From assembly GCA_963933835.1 (NCBI GenBank), contig CAWVVV010000001.1:416001-480000 (forward strand): DNA of 64,000 nt, in the 5' to 3' direction. The notes below the pieces were generated by a model, which ran no database searches, had not been told where the DNA came from, and worked only from the letters and a program-made list of their open reading frames with translations. The DNA comes from an uncultured Puniceicoccaceae bacterium. GTDB lineage: Bacteria > Verrucomicrobiota > Verrucomicrobiia > Opitutales > Oceanipulchritudinaceae. The stretch's first letter is position 1. Every line of letters starts with the position of its first letter. Positions 28,860 to 39,921 of the stretch are shown piece by piece. The position numbers were made by a program, and so were the translations under genes.

Positions 28860-31800
28860 ATGTCCGCTGCTGAAGAGCTCCCTTTTGTCCACCTTCACTG
28901 CCACACCGATTACTCCCTTCTCGATGGCTGTGCCAAGATCGATCGCTACATGCAGCGCTGCAAAGAGTTGAACATGCCCGCCCTTGCGATGACCGATCAC
29001 GGCAACCTCTTTGGCGCGATTAATTTCTACCGGGCGTGCGAGAAGGCCGGCATTAAGCCCCTCGTCGGGTGCGAAATCTACCTTGTCTACGATCACGAAC
29101 AGTCCGAGCGCCCAAAACGTGACCGCAAGCGCTCAGATGACATCGACGACGTTCCAGAAGACGAACTCGGTCCGGAGAACTACCCAAAGCACCAGATCCA
29201 CCACAAAACGATCATCGCTAAGGATTTCCGCGGCTACCAGAACCTCGTAAAACTGATCTCCGACGCCCACATCAACGGCATGTACTACCGCCCGCGCACC
29301 GACATGGCGCGCCTCGCTGAACATGCCGAAGGACTCATCGGGCTCAGCGGCTGCATCAACGGCGTCGCCTCTCAAAAACTGATCTACAACGACTTCGAGG
29401 GCGCGCGAAAAGCCACCGCGACATTCATCGATATCTTCGGCAAAGAGAATTACTTCATCGAATTGCAAAACCACGGCATGGCCGTGCAGCAACGCATCCT
29501 GCCCGGCCTTAAAAAGCTCTCTAAGGAATTTGGCCTCTCAATGGTAGCGGCGAACGACGTGCACTACGTCTATCGAGACGACTGGCAGCCACACGACTCC
29601 CTTCTGTGTATCCAGACCGGCAAACTCGTGAAGGATGAACAGCGCATGCGCTACCCGAACCGCGAGTTCTACCTTAAAAGCCATGATGAGATGTCGCGTA
29701 TTTTCTCCGAGTTCGACGGTGCGATCCAAAACACCGTTAAGCTCGCTGAGATGGTCGACCTCAAAATCAACTTCGGCGACGACCACTATCCGATCTATGA
29801 GAAGCCGATCGAAGTCGCTGTGCCGGATGATTCGAGCGGGTTTGATACGATCCTAGAAGTCTATGTGCGAGAGAAAAACAAAGTTCTAGCACGCGAAGAC
29901 AAGGAGCTCATCAGCATCAGCCCCGAACAAAGGGCAGAACACAAGAAGAACGGGCTCTACCTTTTTGACCTCTGTAAACGCGGGCTGAAAGAACGCTACG
30001 GCATCGACTATGATACCATTCGTAGTGAGTTTCCAACACACCTGCGTCCCGAGACCCCCGGCGCTGGCGAATTCGATCCCGAGAGCGAAGTCTACGCCCG
30101 AGAGATTTGCGACAAGCTCGACTACGAGCTCGCGATCATCGTCGGCGCAGGCTTTGTCGACTACTTCCTTATCACATGGGACTTTATCGACTGGGCCCGA
30201 AAGCAAGGCATCCCCGTCGGGCCTGGGCGGGGTTCTGGAGCAGGATCGATCATCTCCTATGCGATGAAGATCACTGATATCGATCCGCTCCAATTCGGAC
30301 TTCTTTTCGAACGTATGCTCAGCCTTGAGCGCGTCAGCCCACCGGACTTCGACGTCGATTTCTGCATGCGCCGACGTGACGACGTGGTAAACTACGTGCG
30401 CGATAAATATGGTGAAGACCGTGTCGCCAACATCATCACCTACGGTAAGTTTGGAGCGAAGATGATCGTGCGCGACCTCGCTCGCGTCCTCGACATACCT
30501 TACGCTGAGGCCAACCGGGTGGCAAAGATGGTGCCAGACGATCTCAACATCTCGCTCGAAGCAGCGGTTGAGAAATCAGGAGAACTCGCGGCCGAAATCA
30601 ACACCAGTCCAACCGTAGCAGAAATCTTCCGACAAGGAAAAGTCATCGAAGGCATGGTGCGCAACACCGGCAAACACGCCTGTGGCATCATCATCGGGGA
30701 TCAGCCGCTGACGAATCTCGTCCCCCTCACGCTTCAAGAAGGCGACCTGACGACCCAGTATGCCAAAGGTCCTGTAGAGGATCTTGGGATGCTCAAGTGT
30801 GACTTCCTCGGACTCAAAACCCTCACTGTCCTCAATGATGCGAAGAACCACATTCGCCGCACCACAGAGCTGACAGACTTCAACTCGGAGACAGTCCCTC
30901 TCGGCGACGAAAAGACCTTTGCGCTGCTCAACAGTGGTCACACGACAGGCGTCTTCCAGCTGGAATCAGGCGGCATGCAGGCACTCTGTCGCCAGCTTGG
31001 GATCAGCAGCTTTGAAGAGATCATCGCCCTCGTCGCCCTTTACCGCCCGGGGCCGATGCAGTTCATTTCGCAGTATATTGAAGGGAAGCGAGACCGCTCA
31101 AAAATCCAAGTCCCCCACCCCCTTCTAAAGGAGCTCGTCGAAGAGACCCATGGTATCCTCGTGTATCAAGAGCAGGTCATGAAAGTGGCCCAGATCATTG
31201 CGGGCTACACCCTTGGTGAAGCGGATATTCTCCGCCGTGCGATGGGCAAGAAGATCAAGTCGATGATGGACGAGCAGAAGGACATCTTCGTCAAAGGGGC
31301 TGAACGGACAAACAATATCCCACGCAGACAAGCTGAAACAATTTTCGGCATGCTGGAAAAGTTTGCCCAATACGGCTTTAATAAATCTCACTCTGCCGCC
31401 TACGCGATGCTCAGCTATCGCACCGCGTATTTGAAAGCCAACCACCCGGTGCAGTTCATGGCTGCTGTCCTCGGTTGCGAACTTGGCAACAGCGACAAAC
31501 TCTCCCACACCCTCGAAGAGTGTCAGTCGATGGGCGTGCCCGTCCTCGGCCCCGACGTGAATGAGTCACGGGAGAACTTTGCTCCGATCGTCGAAGCGGA
31601 CGGCTCAGGCTCGATTCGTTTCGGACTGGCCGCAATCAAGGGAGTGGGCGAAGGCCCAGCACACGCTATTCTTGTCGAGCGCGAGGCGAACGGCCCATTC
31701 GAAAGCTTCCAAGACTTTGCTTCCCGAGTGGAGGGCAAGACTGCAAATAGACGCGTAATGGAAACCCTCGTACGCACGGGTGCCTTCGACAACTTAGGCG

Positions 31801-32672
31801 AGGAGCGAGGCGATCTTATGCAGCACCTTGACGCCATCCTTCGCGAAGTCGCTGACCTCCAGAAAGACAAAGAAAGCGGTCAGGCCAACATGTTCGACAT
31901 CTTCAGTCTCGGACCAGATGAAGGCCTCGGCAAAGAGAATGACCGCACCCAGTTCAATGCCCCTAAGACCCCCGCGATGCCCATGAGCGAGAAGCTACAG
32001 GCGGAGAAAGAACTGCTCGGTTTCTACGTCAGCGGTCACCCCATGGACGCCTTCAAGGGACTCAGCGATAAACTCGACACCTTCCAAGGCGAAGACTTCC
32101 GCAAAATGGAGAACCGCGAAGCCTTCCGTCTCTGTGCTGTCATTACTGGAGTTTCGAAGAAGATTTCCCGACGCGACAACAGGGCATGGGCGATTCTGAC
32201 GGTCGCCAATCGGACCATGTCTTACGAAGTTTGCGTTTACTCCGAGAGCTTCGAAACCTGTGGAGATCACCTTGAGATCGGACGCTGCATCATGCTCGAA
32301 GGCTACATTCAACGCCGTCAAGACGACGAAGTGACGCTCGCAGCGACGAAGGTAGCAGACCTCGTGGCATCACTTCCCTCGGTCATGAAAGAATTGACCT
32401 TCGTCATATCGCCCAATGGCGACTCAGAAGATTTTATCGATACGCTTAGAGACAGACTATTGCCTGCCCAGGGACCGCTGAAGGTAACCCTCGGTTTCCT
32501 CGTCGATTCTGACCATGTCGTCGTAGCCGACCTCGCAACTTCACTCAACTGGTCCATGCCAATGGGAGACTTTCGTGAGCTGGCGGCTCATCCCGCCGTT
32601 GAAGATATCCTTCTTGTTGCAAGCGAACCTGAAATTCCAGCGCCTCGCTGGGCAAAACGAAAAAGCAGTTAG
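28860..32672 (+). CDS. dnaE: DNA polymerase III alpha subunit
   Basis: PHP domain [50 protein letters not shown]. Confidence 0.98.
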   Translation: MSAAEELPFVHLHCHTDYSLLDGCAKIDRYMQRCKELNMPALAMTDHGNLFGAINFYRACEKAGIKPLVGCEIYLVYDHEQSERPKRDRKRSDDIDDVPEDELGPENYPKHQIHHKTIIAKDFRGYQNLVKLISDAHINGMYYRPRTDMARLAEHAEGLIGLSGCINGVASQKLIYNDFEGARKATATFIDIFGKENYFIELQNHGMAVQQRILPGLKKLSKEFGLSMVAANDVHYVYRDDWQPHDSLLCIQTGKLVKDEQRMRYPNREFYLKSHDEMSRIFSEFDGAIQNTVKLAEMVDLKINFGDDHYPIYEKPIEVAVPDDSSGFDTILEVYVREKNKVLAREDKELISISPEQRAEHKKNGLYLFDLCKRGLKERYGIDYDTIRSEFPTHLRPETPGAGEFDPESEVYAREICDKLDYELAIIVGAGFVDYFLITWDFIDWARKQGIPVGPGRGSGAGSIISYAMKITDIDPLQFGLLFERMLSLERVSPPDFDVDFCMRRRDDVVNYVRDKYGEDRVANIITYGKFGAKMIVRDLARVLDIPYAEANRVAKMVPDDLNISLEAAVEKSGELAAEINTSPTVAEIFRQGKVIEGMVRNTGKHACGIIIGDQPLTNLVPLTLQEGDLTTQYAKGPVEDLGMLKCDFLGLKTLTVLNDAKNHIRRTTELTDFNSETVPLGDEKTFALLNSGHTTGVFQLESGGMQALCRQLGISSFEEIIALVALYRPGPMQFISQYIEGKRDRSKIQVPHPLLKELVEETHGILVYQEQVMKVAQIIAGYTLGEADILRRAMGKKIKSMMDEQKDIFVKGAERTNNIPRRQAETIFGMLEKFAQYGFNKSHSAAYAMLSYRTAYLKANHPVQFMAAVLGCELGNSDKLSHTLEECQSMGVPVLGPDVNESRENFAPIVEADGSGSIRFGLAAIKGVGEGPAHAILVEREANGPFESFQDFASRVEGKTANRRVMETLVRTGAFDNLGEERGDLMQHLDAILREVADLQKDKESGQANMFDIFSLGPDEGLGKENDRTQFNAPKTPAMPMSEKLQAEKELLGFYVSGHPMDAFKGLSDKLDTFQGEDFRKMENREAFRLCAVITGVSKKISRRDNRAWAILTVANRTMSYEVCVYSESFETCGDHLEIGRCIMLEGYIQRRQDDEVTLAATKVADLVASLPSVMKELTFVISPNGDSEDFIDTLRDRLLPAQGPLKVTLGFLVDSDHVVVADLATSLNWSMPMGDFRELAAHPAVEDILLVASEPEIPAPRWAKRKSS

Positions 32673-32708
32673 GAAGAAACCAAGCCGCCTAAACCTCCCA
32701 CCCTTTCC

Positions 32709-33587
32709 ATGACCAACGATCCTGCCAAAAACCCGATCAAATCCGATTTTGCGACGGGCTTACTGATCTACTCGATCACCGCCTTTATCTTTTTTCCGCT
32801 CACGCGGTTTCTTTTTGATCAGACGGTCAATCAAGACCAGCTACTCCACTCCTTCCTCGTCTTGTCGATGGCTGGCGCGCTCCTAGTTTATGAGAAGCGC
32901 GTGAGGCTGAATCCGGTCTGGGAGCTCGGGCTCTGGAGTCGACGCCTGCTCATCATCTCCTACGTCATCCTCATTACCGTGGTCATGACGGGCTGGACGC
33001 TGTTGATGATTCCAAGCTTTTCCTGCGCAGTCGCATCGGCTGCTATCTTTGTTTTTGGTGACCAAGTAAAGCGGTTCGTCGCTGCACTCGTCGGCGCCTT
33101 CACTCTTTTCCAAGGCTTCGTCCTTGCTCTACCATTTCTCGACTGGCCGCTTCGAGGAGTCGCTGCGCAGATGTCGGGGAGCGTCCTGAAGTTTCTTGGT
33201 CGAGAGATCGAAATACGTCTCTATCAACTTGATGAACCTGCCCTCCTGCTCCTTAGCAATGGGAAGGAGTTCCTCGTCGCACCTGAGTGCAATGGCTTTG
33301 GCGTCACCGTCTCTTCTCTACTCCTCGCGCTCCTCCTCGTCGTCTTCCGCCGGATTAAACTTTCAGGAAAGATCGGGTCTTTCTTCCTCGCTGGAATCAT
33401 CGGTCTGATCGGAAATACGATTCGGATTACGATCATCGTTCTCCTCGCGCCCATCGTTGGCGAAGACGGCTACCATCTAATGCATGAGATCGTCGGCACT
33501 ATCGTCTACTACGGAACCTTAACCTTTATCTGGTGGATGATTCTCCGCCTCCCGACGATCAAAGAAGTCCCCCCTCCCTCTTCCTAA
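32709..33587 (+). CDS. Exosortase/archaeosortase family protein
   Basis: Multi-TM; VAPECNG (Cys), GNTIRI (Arg) and HEIVG (His) triad. Confidence 0.85.
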   Translation: MTNDPAKNPIKSDFATGLLIYSITAFIFFPLTRFLFDQTVNQDQLLHSFLVLSMAGALLVYEKRVRLNPVWELGLWSRRLLIISYVILITVVMTGWTLLMIPSFSCAVASAAIFVFGDQVKRFVAALVGAFTLFQGFVLALPFLDWPLRGVAAQMSGSVLKFLGREIEIRLYQLDEPALLLLSNGKEFLVAPECNGFGVTVSSLLLALLLVVFRRIKLSGKIGSFFLAGIIGLIGNTIRITIIVLLAPIVGEDGYHLMHEIVGTIVYYGTLTFIWWMILRLPTIKEVPPPSS

Positions 33588-33674
33588 TCCTAATCCCAAT
33601 CTTAATCTTAATCTCCATCCGAATCCGTCGAGATTTGGATTAGGATTATGAGTTTAGATTTGGATTTGGAGTTA
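33585..33674. repeat. Inverted array of hexamer repeats (NAATCY x7, short loop, RGATTN x~7)
   Basis: taatcc taatcc caatct taatct taatct ccatcc gaatcc-gtcg-agattt ggatta ggatta ... agattt ggattt ggagtt. Confidence 0.85.
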
Positions 33675-34046
33675 ATCCCAGAGTGCGATTCTCAAGAGCC
33701 ATAACCACCCGGCGAGAAATGCGAGGCCTCCGATCGGGGTGATCGCGCCCAGCCACCCGATGCCAGTGAGGGAGAGGATATAGAGGGAACCTGAGAATAT
33801 CACTATCCCCACGATCCACGCATGACGCGTGAAGCGCACTAGGCTAGCTCGGACACCCAAGCCACCCAGTGCAAGCAGTCCCACGGAATGAATCAGGTGG
33901 TAGAGCACCGCGGTCTCCCACGTATCAACGCGGTCCATTGCGATCAGGCGATCTTCGAATAGATGGGCTCCAAATGCACCGATTGCGACCCCTAGAAAGC
34001 CAAGGATCGCAGCCGCTCGAATCGATTCATTAACGTCATTTCGCAT
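33672..34046 (-). CDS. DUF423 (YgdD/TMEM256) membrane protein
   Basis: GAFGAH, WETAVLYHLIH, FSGSLY, GAITPIGG. Confidence 0.9.
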   Translation of the reverse strand: MRNDVNESIRAAAILGFLGVAIGAFGAHLFEDRLIAMDRVDTWETAVLYHLIHSVGLLALGGLGVRASLVRFTRHAWIVGIVIFSGSLYILSLTGIGWLGAITPIGGLAFLAGWLWLLRIALWD

Positions 34047-37000
34047 CCTTAACCTCCAATCTCCATTCATCAGTATTTCCAAATACGTGATTGAGATACA
34101 TCGGTTCGACGATGGCTGGTTGTGCCTGAAAACGACCAGGGGATTCTGCCCTGAGTCTGTAGCGAATTTCCCATACACCCTCCGGCAGTCGGTCAAAAAG
34201 AAGGCCGACATGCTTATCTCTGAGCTCCAAGTATCCAGAGATTTGTTCGAGGTTCGGCGCTGGATTAACCGTATCAGCAACACGACGGGCAATCGCACTT
34301 GGCCCGCTCAATACCTGAACGGCCTCAAATCCAGCCGGCTTAGGATCCTCGATCAAAACGTAGCTCATGTCCCGCGGACATTCGATGCGCAGGACCACTT
34401 CGATCCGATCACCAGAATTCACGAATGCTTTATCATCGAGCGGCGTCATAATCTCACTGACACCTTGTAGAAGAGTTGGGACGGGCTTGAGATGAACATA
34501 GGAACGCGAGATAGAAATATCACTTGAGCCAGCATTCAAACGCTCTGATTGGTCATAAAACTCCGCGTAGAGCTCAAAATTAAACCCAAGTCTAGAATCC
34601 GAACGTTTGATCGAAATCACATCTTCAGGGTTGATTGACGCTGTATCCAAATCTGCCACCGCGGGCACCCAATCCTTCGAAGTCAGCTCGATCGTGGTGT
34701 CACCGGACGTCGCCGAATAGACAACCGCCTTCTGATCATCCTCCGCTTGGCGTAAGTAGTTGGAAATAGCGATCACAGCCAATCCCGTAGAGCGCGTATT
34801 TTGCCAATGCGTACCTGTCCTGTTACGCGCTAACCAAGTAACGGCAGGCTCAATCAAGCGGCTGCGTTGATCAATTTCGAGTAAGGCCGAAAGCACCCAT
34901 GCGGTTGATTCCACCGCTCCTTCGCTCCAATGATAGTAGCCCACTTGTCGGCCCCAGAAGGCCGTCGGCAAGGTCAACGGATGACCCTGTGCGTCTTTGC
35001 TGCCGCTTAAATTACCTGAGCTTTCTTGCACCGTATTCTCCAGATTACGGATGATCAATTCAGCGTCTTCATCGAAACCAAAGTAGTGCGCGCTCAAGGC
35101 AAGCATCGCGAGATTCATTGGCTTAAGCGTACCACGCCTAGACATCAGGTTGAGAAAGCTCCGAGCCTCCATCCGGGAAGGGCGCCCCACTCCGTGGCCA
35201 CGGTAGCGGCTCGACAATGCGAGCAGGACCCAGGATTCACGCGAGGGTGATAACTCGGATTCGATGAGCTGGCGTTCCAGCCAGTCGCGCGCTGCACCCA
35301 TATCAATCGATTCCAAATCGACGTCCATTTCCTCTGCTAGGGTGAGTGACCAGACCGCGTAGGCTGTCATGAAAAGATCACTACGCCCGCCCGGCATCCA
35401 TGGCCAACTGCCGTCTGCCAGCTGAAGTTCTTCCATTCGAGTAATACCATCAGCAATAACTTCTTCGAGAAGATCACGAAAATCTTCTCGCCCACCAACG
35501 GCTTCATTGGAAAGCTCTCCGAAGATAAAACTATCGATCTCTTCTAGATCAAGCGCGAGCTGTTCTGCAGCTCCCATCACCGCCACAGAAGGCAGGAAGC
35601 GACTGAGCGTCTGCTCGGTGCAGCCATAAGGAAATTCGATCAAATACGGCAACGCGCCAAGCATCTGAGTCGCATATGTCGTCGAGAGTTTAAGCGTCAC
35701 TTGTGTATCTTTGCGCTCCTCCGAGGCGGGCAGATCTAGCTTCAGCTCTACGTTGTCTTCACTCGTGCGACCAACAAGACCCACCGTCCGATTCATCCCA
35801 CTCGGGATGATTTCGATCATGCGCTCTACGCCGTCTGAGTGATTGTGTGAGATGGCTCCAAGGCTGAGTTCAGCCTGACCCACTGTTTTTGCCTCTACTT
35901 CCCACTCAGCTCGAAAAAGCCCTCCAGCGGGCACCCGCTTGCGAAGGATCTCAGCACCCTCTAATTCAAGAATCTCGTCCACTTCAAAAGCCGCCGTGAC
36001 GTCGATCGGGCTCTCGGTGTTGTTCTGAATGATGCCACTGAGCTTCGCGACATCCCCTTCAACAAGGAAGCGCGGGGTCTGCATCCGAGCAACGAGCGGC
36101 AGGCGCGTTGTCGTGCGCAAACTAGTTTCACCGACACGGGTATCTCCTGTGATCGCGAGTGCTTGAAGCCTCCACGCAGTGAGGTTGTCTGGAAATTCGA
36201 GCTCAACGGTCGCTTTACCCTCCGCATCGGTCTGCACACGAGGAAGCCAAGCTAGGGTCGAGCGGAAGTCGCTGCGAAGGGACATTTTTGATATGTCCAA
36301 TTCCAGTAGAAACTCATTGTCAATTGCAGCGGCCGATAATGGCAAATCCCTCAAGGACGTGTTCAAACTAGTTCCTGAAATAGAATTAATAGAGCGATAC
36401 CCGACATCGTCGGATAAATCTACAGTGAATGGTGACAACTCGATTATTTCATCCTGCGATTCGAACGGAGAAGACTCCGCAGACTGTTCCAGCGGCTGAA
36501 AGAATGGCTGGTTCCTTAAAGAACTGCGCGAACCAAAGTCATGCGTGTTCTTATCCCCGTAGAAAGCTTCGAGAACTGAAAGCCTCGAGGTGTCGACGAG
36601 CGAATAGAGCGCTTCGTCAGATGCGAAAAAAGTCAGCTCGGTTTCAACTGGGGTTCCATCCGCATCGAGCACGAGCAAATCTACCGATGCCATGTCTCCT
36701 GGCTCATAGCCATCCTGATCAGGTGAGATTAAGACATCGAGATATTGCTCACTCGGCGGGACTTCTAATTCGATTGAATCAGTCAGGTGAGCTTCATTTG
36801 AGATGAGCGAAACATCGACGAAGGCATTTGGGAAAAATTCGGGCGATGGCAGGATTGTAATCAACTTACTACTACCATCGAGACGAATAACTCGGTGCTC
36901 GATAAGTGCGTCTGCGCTGATCGTTAACAAGGCCCAGCGATTCTGAGCCGGAGCGGCGATCATGAGCGGGATCGGAGTCCCAACTTCAAATGGCCCATTA

Positions 37001-39765
37001 TTTGCGACAAGCTGAACCCCACCGGGACGGTAGCCCAGCTCTGTAACCGCTTTGTCGCTGACCCAGAGTGGCACCTCCGCCGTAACTGGCCGCCCACGCT
37101 CTCCTCGGCTGATCCACTCGAAAACGTAGTAGCCCGTCTCGGGAGGACTAAAGACGTAGTGGGCGAAGCCCTCGGCATTCGTCACGAGTGCCTCACGCAC
37201 AATTTCTTCGGTTACAAAGCCAGACTCCAGAAGGCGGTAATCACTCTGAGCGGCATTTATGATAGAGCGGTCAGGCAAGGTGCGGTAGGTCTCCCCACTG
37301 ATTTCTGAGCCCCTTTTGCGATGCACGTAGACTTCACGCCATTGCTCCCGAGTCACCCGCAAGGTGCCGTCATCGACGACGGGCTGTTCATTCGCATCTT
37401 GTAGTGAAATTTTAACGCGCCCGCTATCGCCGGGGGCAAGTAATCTACGATCTAAGGTCAGCTCAGAAAAATACGCCTGCTGCGTTACATGGACACTCGC
37501 CGCCGTTACCGTTTCACGCCGTGACAAGTCACGCACTCGCGCTTCAAAGGCGTAGGTGTAATCCTGATCAGCGTCTCTAAGCGTGCGATAGGAGAAGGTT
37601 GCATGGCCACGTGCGTCTGTCGTGAGGTTGATGCGCTCAAGCTCTTCGGACTCGTATGACGGGTAGAAGTCCCTTCTCCTCAGGTCCAGATCTGCATAAC
37701 CATCGTAGGGCACAATACTCCAAGACTGATACGGCGTCCGCGTGACAATGATTTCAACGGTCGCATCTTCAACCGCTCCTCCCGCGTAGTAGTTCACGTT
37801 CAGAGTCCCCTCGAGTTCATCTCCTGGATAAATCGGAGCGCTCGAACCAAAGCTTATCTTCGCTTCGATGTCTGGCGTGCGATACTCTTCAACATAGAGG
37901 GCAAAGTTGTCGCTGTCCCAATACTCCAATGCATCTCTTTCGACGCTAAACCCGTATTCTCCGAGCGGAGCATCCGAGGGAAGCTCAAAATCGAGGACAA
38001 AACTCCCACTCGAATTCATCTCAAGGGAACCCTCTGTTATATAGTCACCGCCCCAAGATCCAAATTCGTATTTAAAATCTTCCGACAGGTCCGGAAGCGA
38101 CCACTGATTGTCCGTCTTCTCTCTCAACCAGCCAACGAGGCGAACAGTATCTCCCGGCCGATAAATCGAACGGCCAGTGACTAGATAGACCATCCTTTCG
38201 CTAGTGTCGCGAGTGCCTGACCACGAATTATTGACGAGCGCTGTAGCGCCTTCGCCAAAACTACTCGAAGCCAACAAGACCCGCTGCACACTCCCACGCA
38301 AATGGTCGGGGACAGTGTAGCTCCAGAGACCCTCGTCATCCGTCGTGCCCGAAAGCTGAACTTTGACAGGATCCTTTCCGCGCCCATCGGGCCACGCCTT
38401 GAGCTCAAGGGAAAGATCTACATTGGGGCGCGGTTCGCCATCATCGGCGTCGGCGAGATAGAAGAGAATCTCATCGCCTACTTCGTGACTCAAAATGACA
38501 AGGTCGGTCACATAGAGCGGAGCGAAAGCGACTGTCTCGCCACTCGTGGCCACAACAACATATGCCCCGGGTTCAAGCGATTGCTCGAGACGCACGCGAT
38601 CCAGAACAGGATAATGCGGAAAAGCTGGGAGTGCCTGCAAATTACTCAGGCTACTCGACGGCACGAGTAGATCCAGCGGCGGAGGCACCTCACCTGCTTT
38701 CCCACTATGGAGCACATGGCTGAGGGGGTCGACGCGGTAGACTTCGACCGATGGGGCCTCGATGTTTCTCCAGCGCACTGCGAATTGAACCTCGGCCTCA
38801 AGCCGGAAGGCATGGCTGACAAGGACCTTCAAATCGGGCGTCTCAAGACGTTCGATCGCCCGCTTAGCACGATCACGGAAATGGCTCCATTCCTCCCTCT
38901 TGGTCTCAAGGAGCTTTTCATAAGCCAGCTTAGCGTCGATGTAGTCAGGCTTAAAGATGAGTTGGCCGACGTCGTTATACTCCGACATGCCGTAGCGCTC
39001 TGACCACTGCCCATGTTCCCAGAGAGCCAGAGCATAGGTCGACGTCTTCGACCCAGCCGCGACCGCCCGAGCAAGGGCATCGCCTTGGCGGATACGTATC
39101 TCAGGGGCGTTCTCCATCGATTGCCGTGCGTAGGCGTGAGCTAACTCGAGATTGAAATAGGCACTGTCTTCGTCGCTCTGTGCGATGTGCACCGCTTGAC
39201 GCAAGACGCCGAGCGCGTGATCTGTGTTGCTGTAAGTTCGACCCAGTTTGCGAACGAGACGCAGGTATTCCGGCCTCGCACGCACCAGATCGGTCGACGA
39301 TGCCCAGTATTCGAGCAACTCGTCGAAGAGCGTCTGCCCGTCGTCCGTTCGAGAAAGGTAGGTCGCGGCATTCTCGTAGAGGCTCTGCCAAAAAGCGTCC
39401 TTCGGTCTATCTTGACGAATTTCCCGCGCTGCCGAGAAGACGGCCTCACTTAACTCAGAGAGAATGCCCTCTTCAGCCTCGTCCCAGGTGCGATTCTGAA
39501 GCCGCAGTTGGTAAGTGGTCAGGCGGTCGTAAGCCTGCGCTTGCAAGCGATCGAGCGGAGTCGCCCGCGCATCGACAGCAAGCTCAACAAAGATCGGCTG
39601 AGCGATGGCAAACGAACCTTCCTCAAACGCAGCCATGGCCTCTTCGAAACGGGTCGGGGTCGACCCCCGTTCGGCGGCTTCTTGGGCGCTGAGCGGTGCA
39701 AGAAGCACGCTAAGCAGGCAAAAGACGGTGTAGACTAGGCGGGGAGGGAGTGGGAGCGCACGCAT
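34036..39765 (-). CDS. Bacterial alpha-2-macroglobulin family protein
   Basis: Signal peptide, IYRPGD MG2 motif, PDNLTAWR, thioester PYGCTEQ, WQNTRST, IEDPKPAGFE, YRLRAESPG..PMY. Confidence 0.95.
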   Translation of the reverse strand: MRALPLPPRLVYTVFCLLSVLLAPLSAQEAAERGSTPTRFEEAMAAFEEGSFAIAQPIFVELAVDARATPLDRLQAQAYDRLTTYQLRLQNRTWDEAEEGILSELSEAVFSAAREIRQDRPKDAFWQSLYENAATYLSRTDDGQTLFDELLEYWASSTDLVRARPEYLRLVRKLGRTYSNTDHALGVLRQAVHIAQSDEDSAYFNLELAHAYARQSMENAPEIRIRQGDALARAVAAGSKTSTYALALWEHGQWSERYGMSEYNDVGQLIFKPDYIDAKLAYEKLLETKREEWSHFRDRAKRAIERLETPDLKVLVSHAFRLEAEVQFAVRWRNIEAPSVEVYRVDPLSHVLHSGKAGEVPPPLDLLVPSSSLSNLQALPAFPHYPVLDRVRLEQSLEPGAYVVVATSGETVAFAPLYVTDLVILSHEVGDEILFYLADADDGEPRPNVDLSLELKAWPDGRGKDPVKVQLSGTTDDEGLWSYTVPDHLRGSVQRVLLASSSFGEGATALVNNSWSGTRDTSERMVYLVTGRSIYRPGDTVRLVGWLREKTDNQWSLPDLSEDFKYEFGSWGGDYITEGSLEMNSSGSFVLDFELPSDAPLGEYGFSVERDALEYWDSDNFALYVEEYRTPDIEAKISFGSSAPIYPGDELEGTLNVNYYAGGAVEDATVEIIVTRTPYQSWSIVPYDGYADLDLRRRDFYPSYESEELERINLTTDARGHATFSYRTLRDADQDYTYAFEARVRDLSRRETVTAASVHVTQQAYFSELTLDRRLLAPGDSGRVKISLQDANEQPVVDDGTLRVTREQWREVYVHRKRGSEISGETYRTLPDRSIINAAQSDYRLLESGFVTEEIVREALVTNAEGFAHYVFSPPETGYYVFEWISRGERGRPVTAEVPLWVSDKAVTELGYRPGGVQLVANNGPFEVGTPIPLMIAAPAQNRWALLTISADALIEHRVIRLDGSSKLITILPSPEFFPNAFVDVSLISNEAHLTDSIELEVPPSEQYLDVLISPDQDGYEPGDMASVDLLVLDADGTPVETELTFFASDEALYSLVDTSRLSVLEAFYGDKNTHDFGSRSSLRNQPFFQPLEQSAESSPFESQDEIIELSPFTVDLSDDVGYRSINSISGTSLNTSLRDLPLSAAAIDNEFLLELDISKMSLRSDFRSTLAWLPRVQTDAEGKATVELEFPDNLTAWRLQALAITGDTRVGETSLRTTTRLPLVARMQTPRFLVEGDVAKLSGIIQNNTESPIDVTAAFEVDEILELEGAEILRKRVPAGGLFRAEWEVEAKTVGQAELSLGAISHNHSDGVERMIEIIPSGMNRTVGLVGRTSEDNVELKLDLPASEERKDTQVTLKLSTTYATQMLGALPYLIEFPYGCTEQTLSRFLPSVAVMGAAEQLALDLEEIDSFIFGELSNEAVGGREDFRDLLEEVIADGITRMEELQLADGSWPWMPGGRSDLFMTAYAVWSLTLAEEMDVDLESIDMGAARDWLERQLIESELSPSRESWVLLALSSRYRGHGVGRPSRMEARSFLNLMSRRGTLKPMNLAMLALSAHYFGFDEDAELIIRNLENTVQESSGNLSGSKDAQGHPLTLPTAFWGRQVGYYHWSEGAVESTAWVLSALLEIDQRSRLIEPAVTWLARNRTGTHWQNTRSTGLAVIAISNYLRQAEDDQKAVVYSATSGDTTIELTSKDWVPAVADLDTASINPEDVISIKRSDSRLGFNFELYAEFYDQSERLNAGSSDISISRSYVHLKPVPTLLQGVSEIMTPLDDKAFVNSGDRIEVVLRIECPRDMSYVLIEDPKPAGFEAVQVLSGPSAIARRVADTVNPAPNLEQISGYLELRDKHVGLLFDRLPEGVWEIRYRLRAESPGRFQAQPAIVEPMYLNHVFGNTDEWRLEVKDAK

Positions 39766-39921
39766 GGTGTTCTGCAGAGTTGGACGCTGCTAAGGTAAGA
39801 ACGTTCTCGATCTTTCAAACTTAGGAAAGTTGCCATTGTGCACAATAATCCTGCACGGTAACCACCTACAGATCGGATTGGACGGGAATAACACCCAGCG
39901 ATCAAACATCTTTCGGAACAC

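Noticed and set aside
28860..32672. Intein or split in dnaE
   Set aside because: The insertions are short, with no C/S-start, HN-C end or LAGLIDADG motifs
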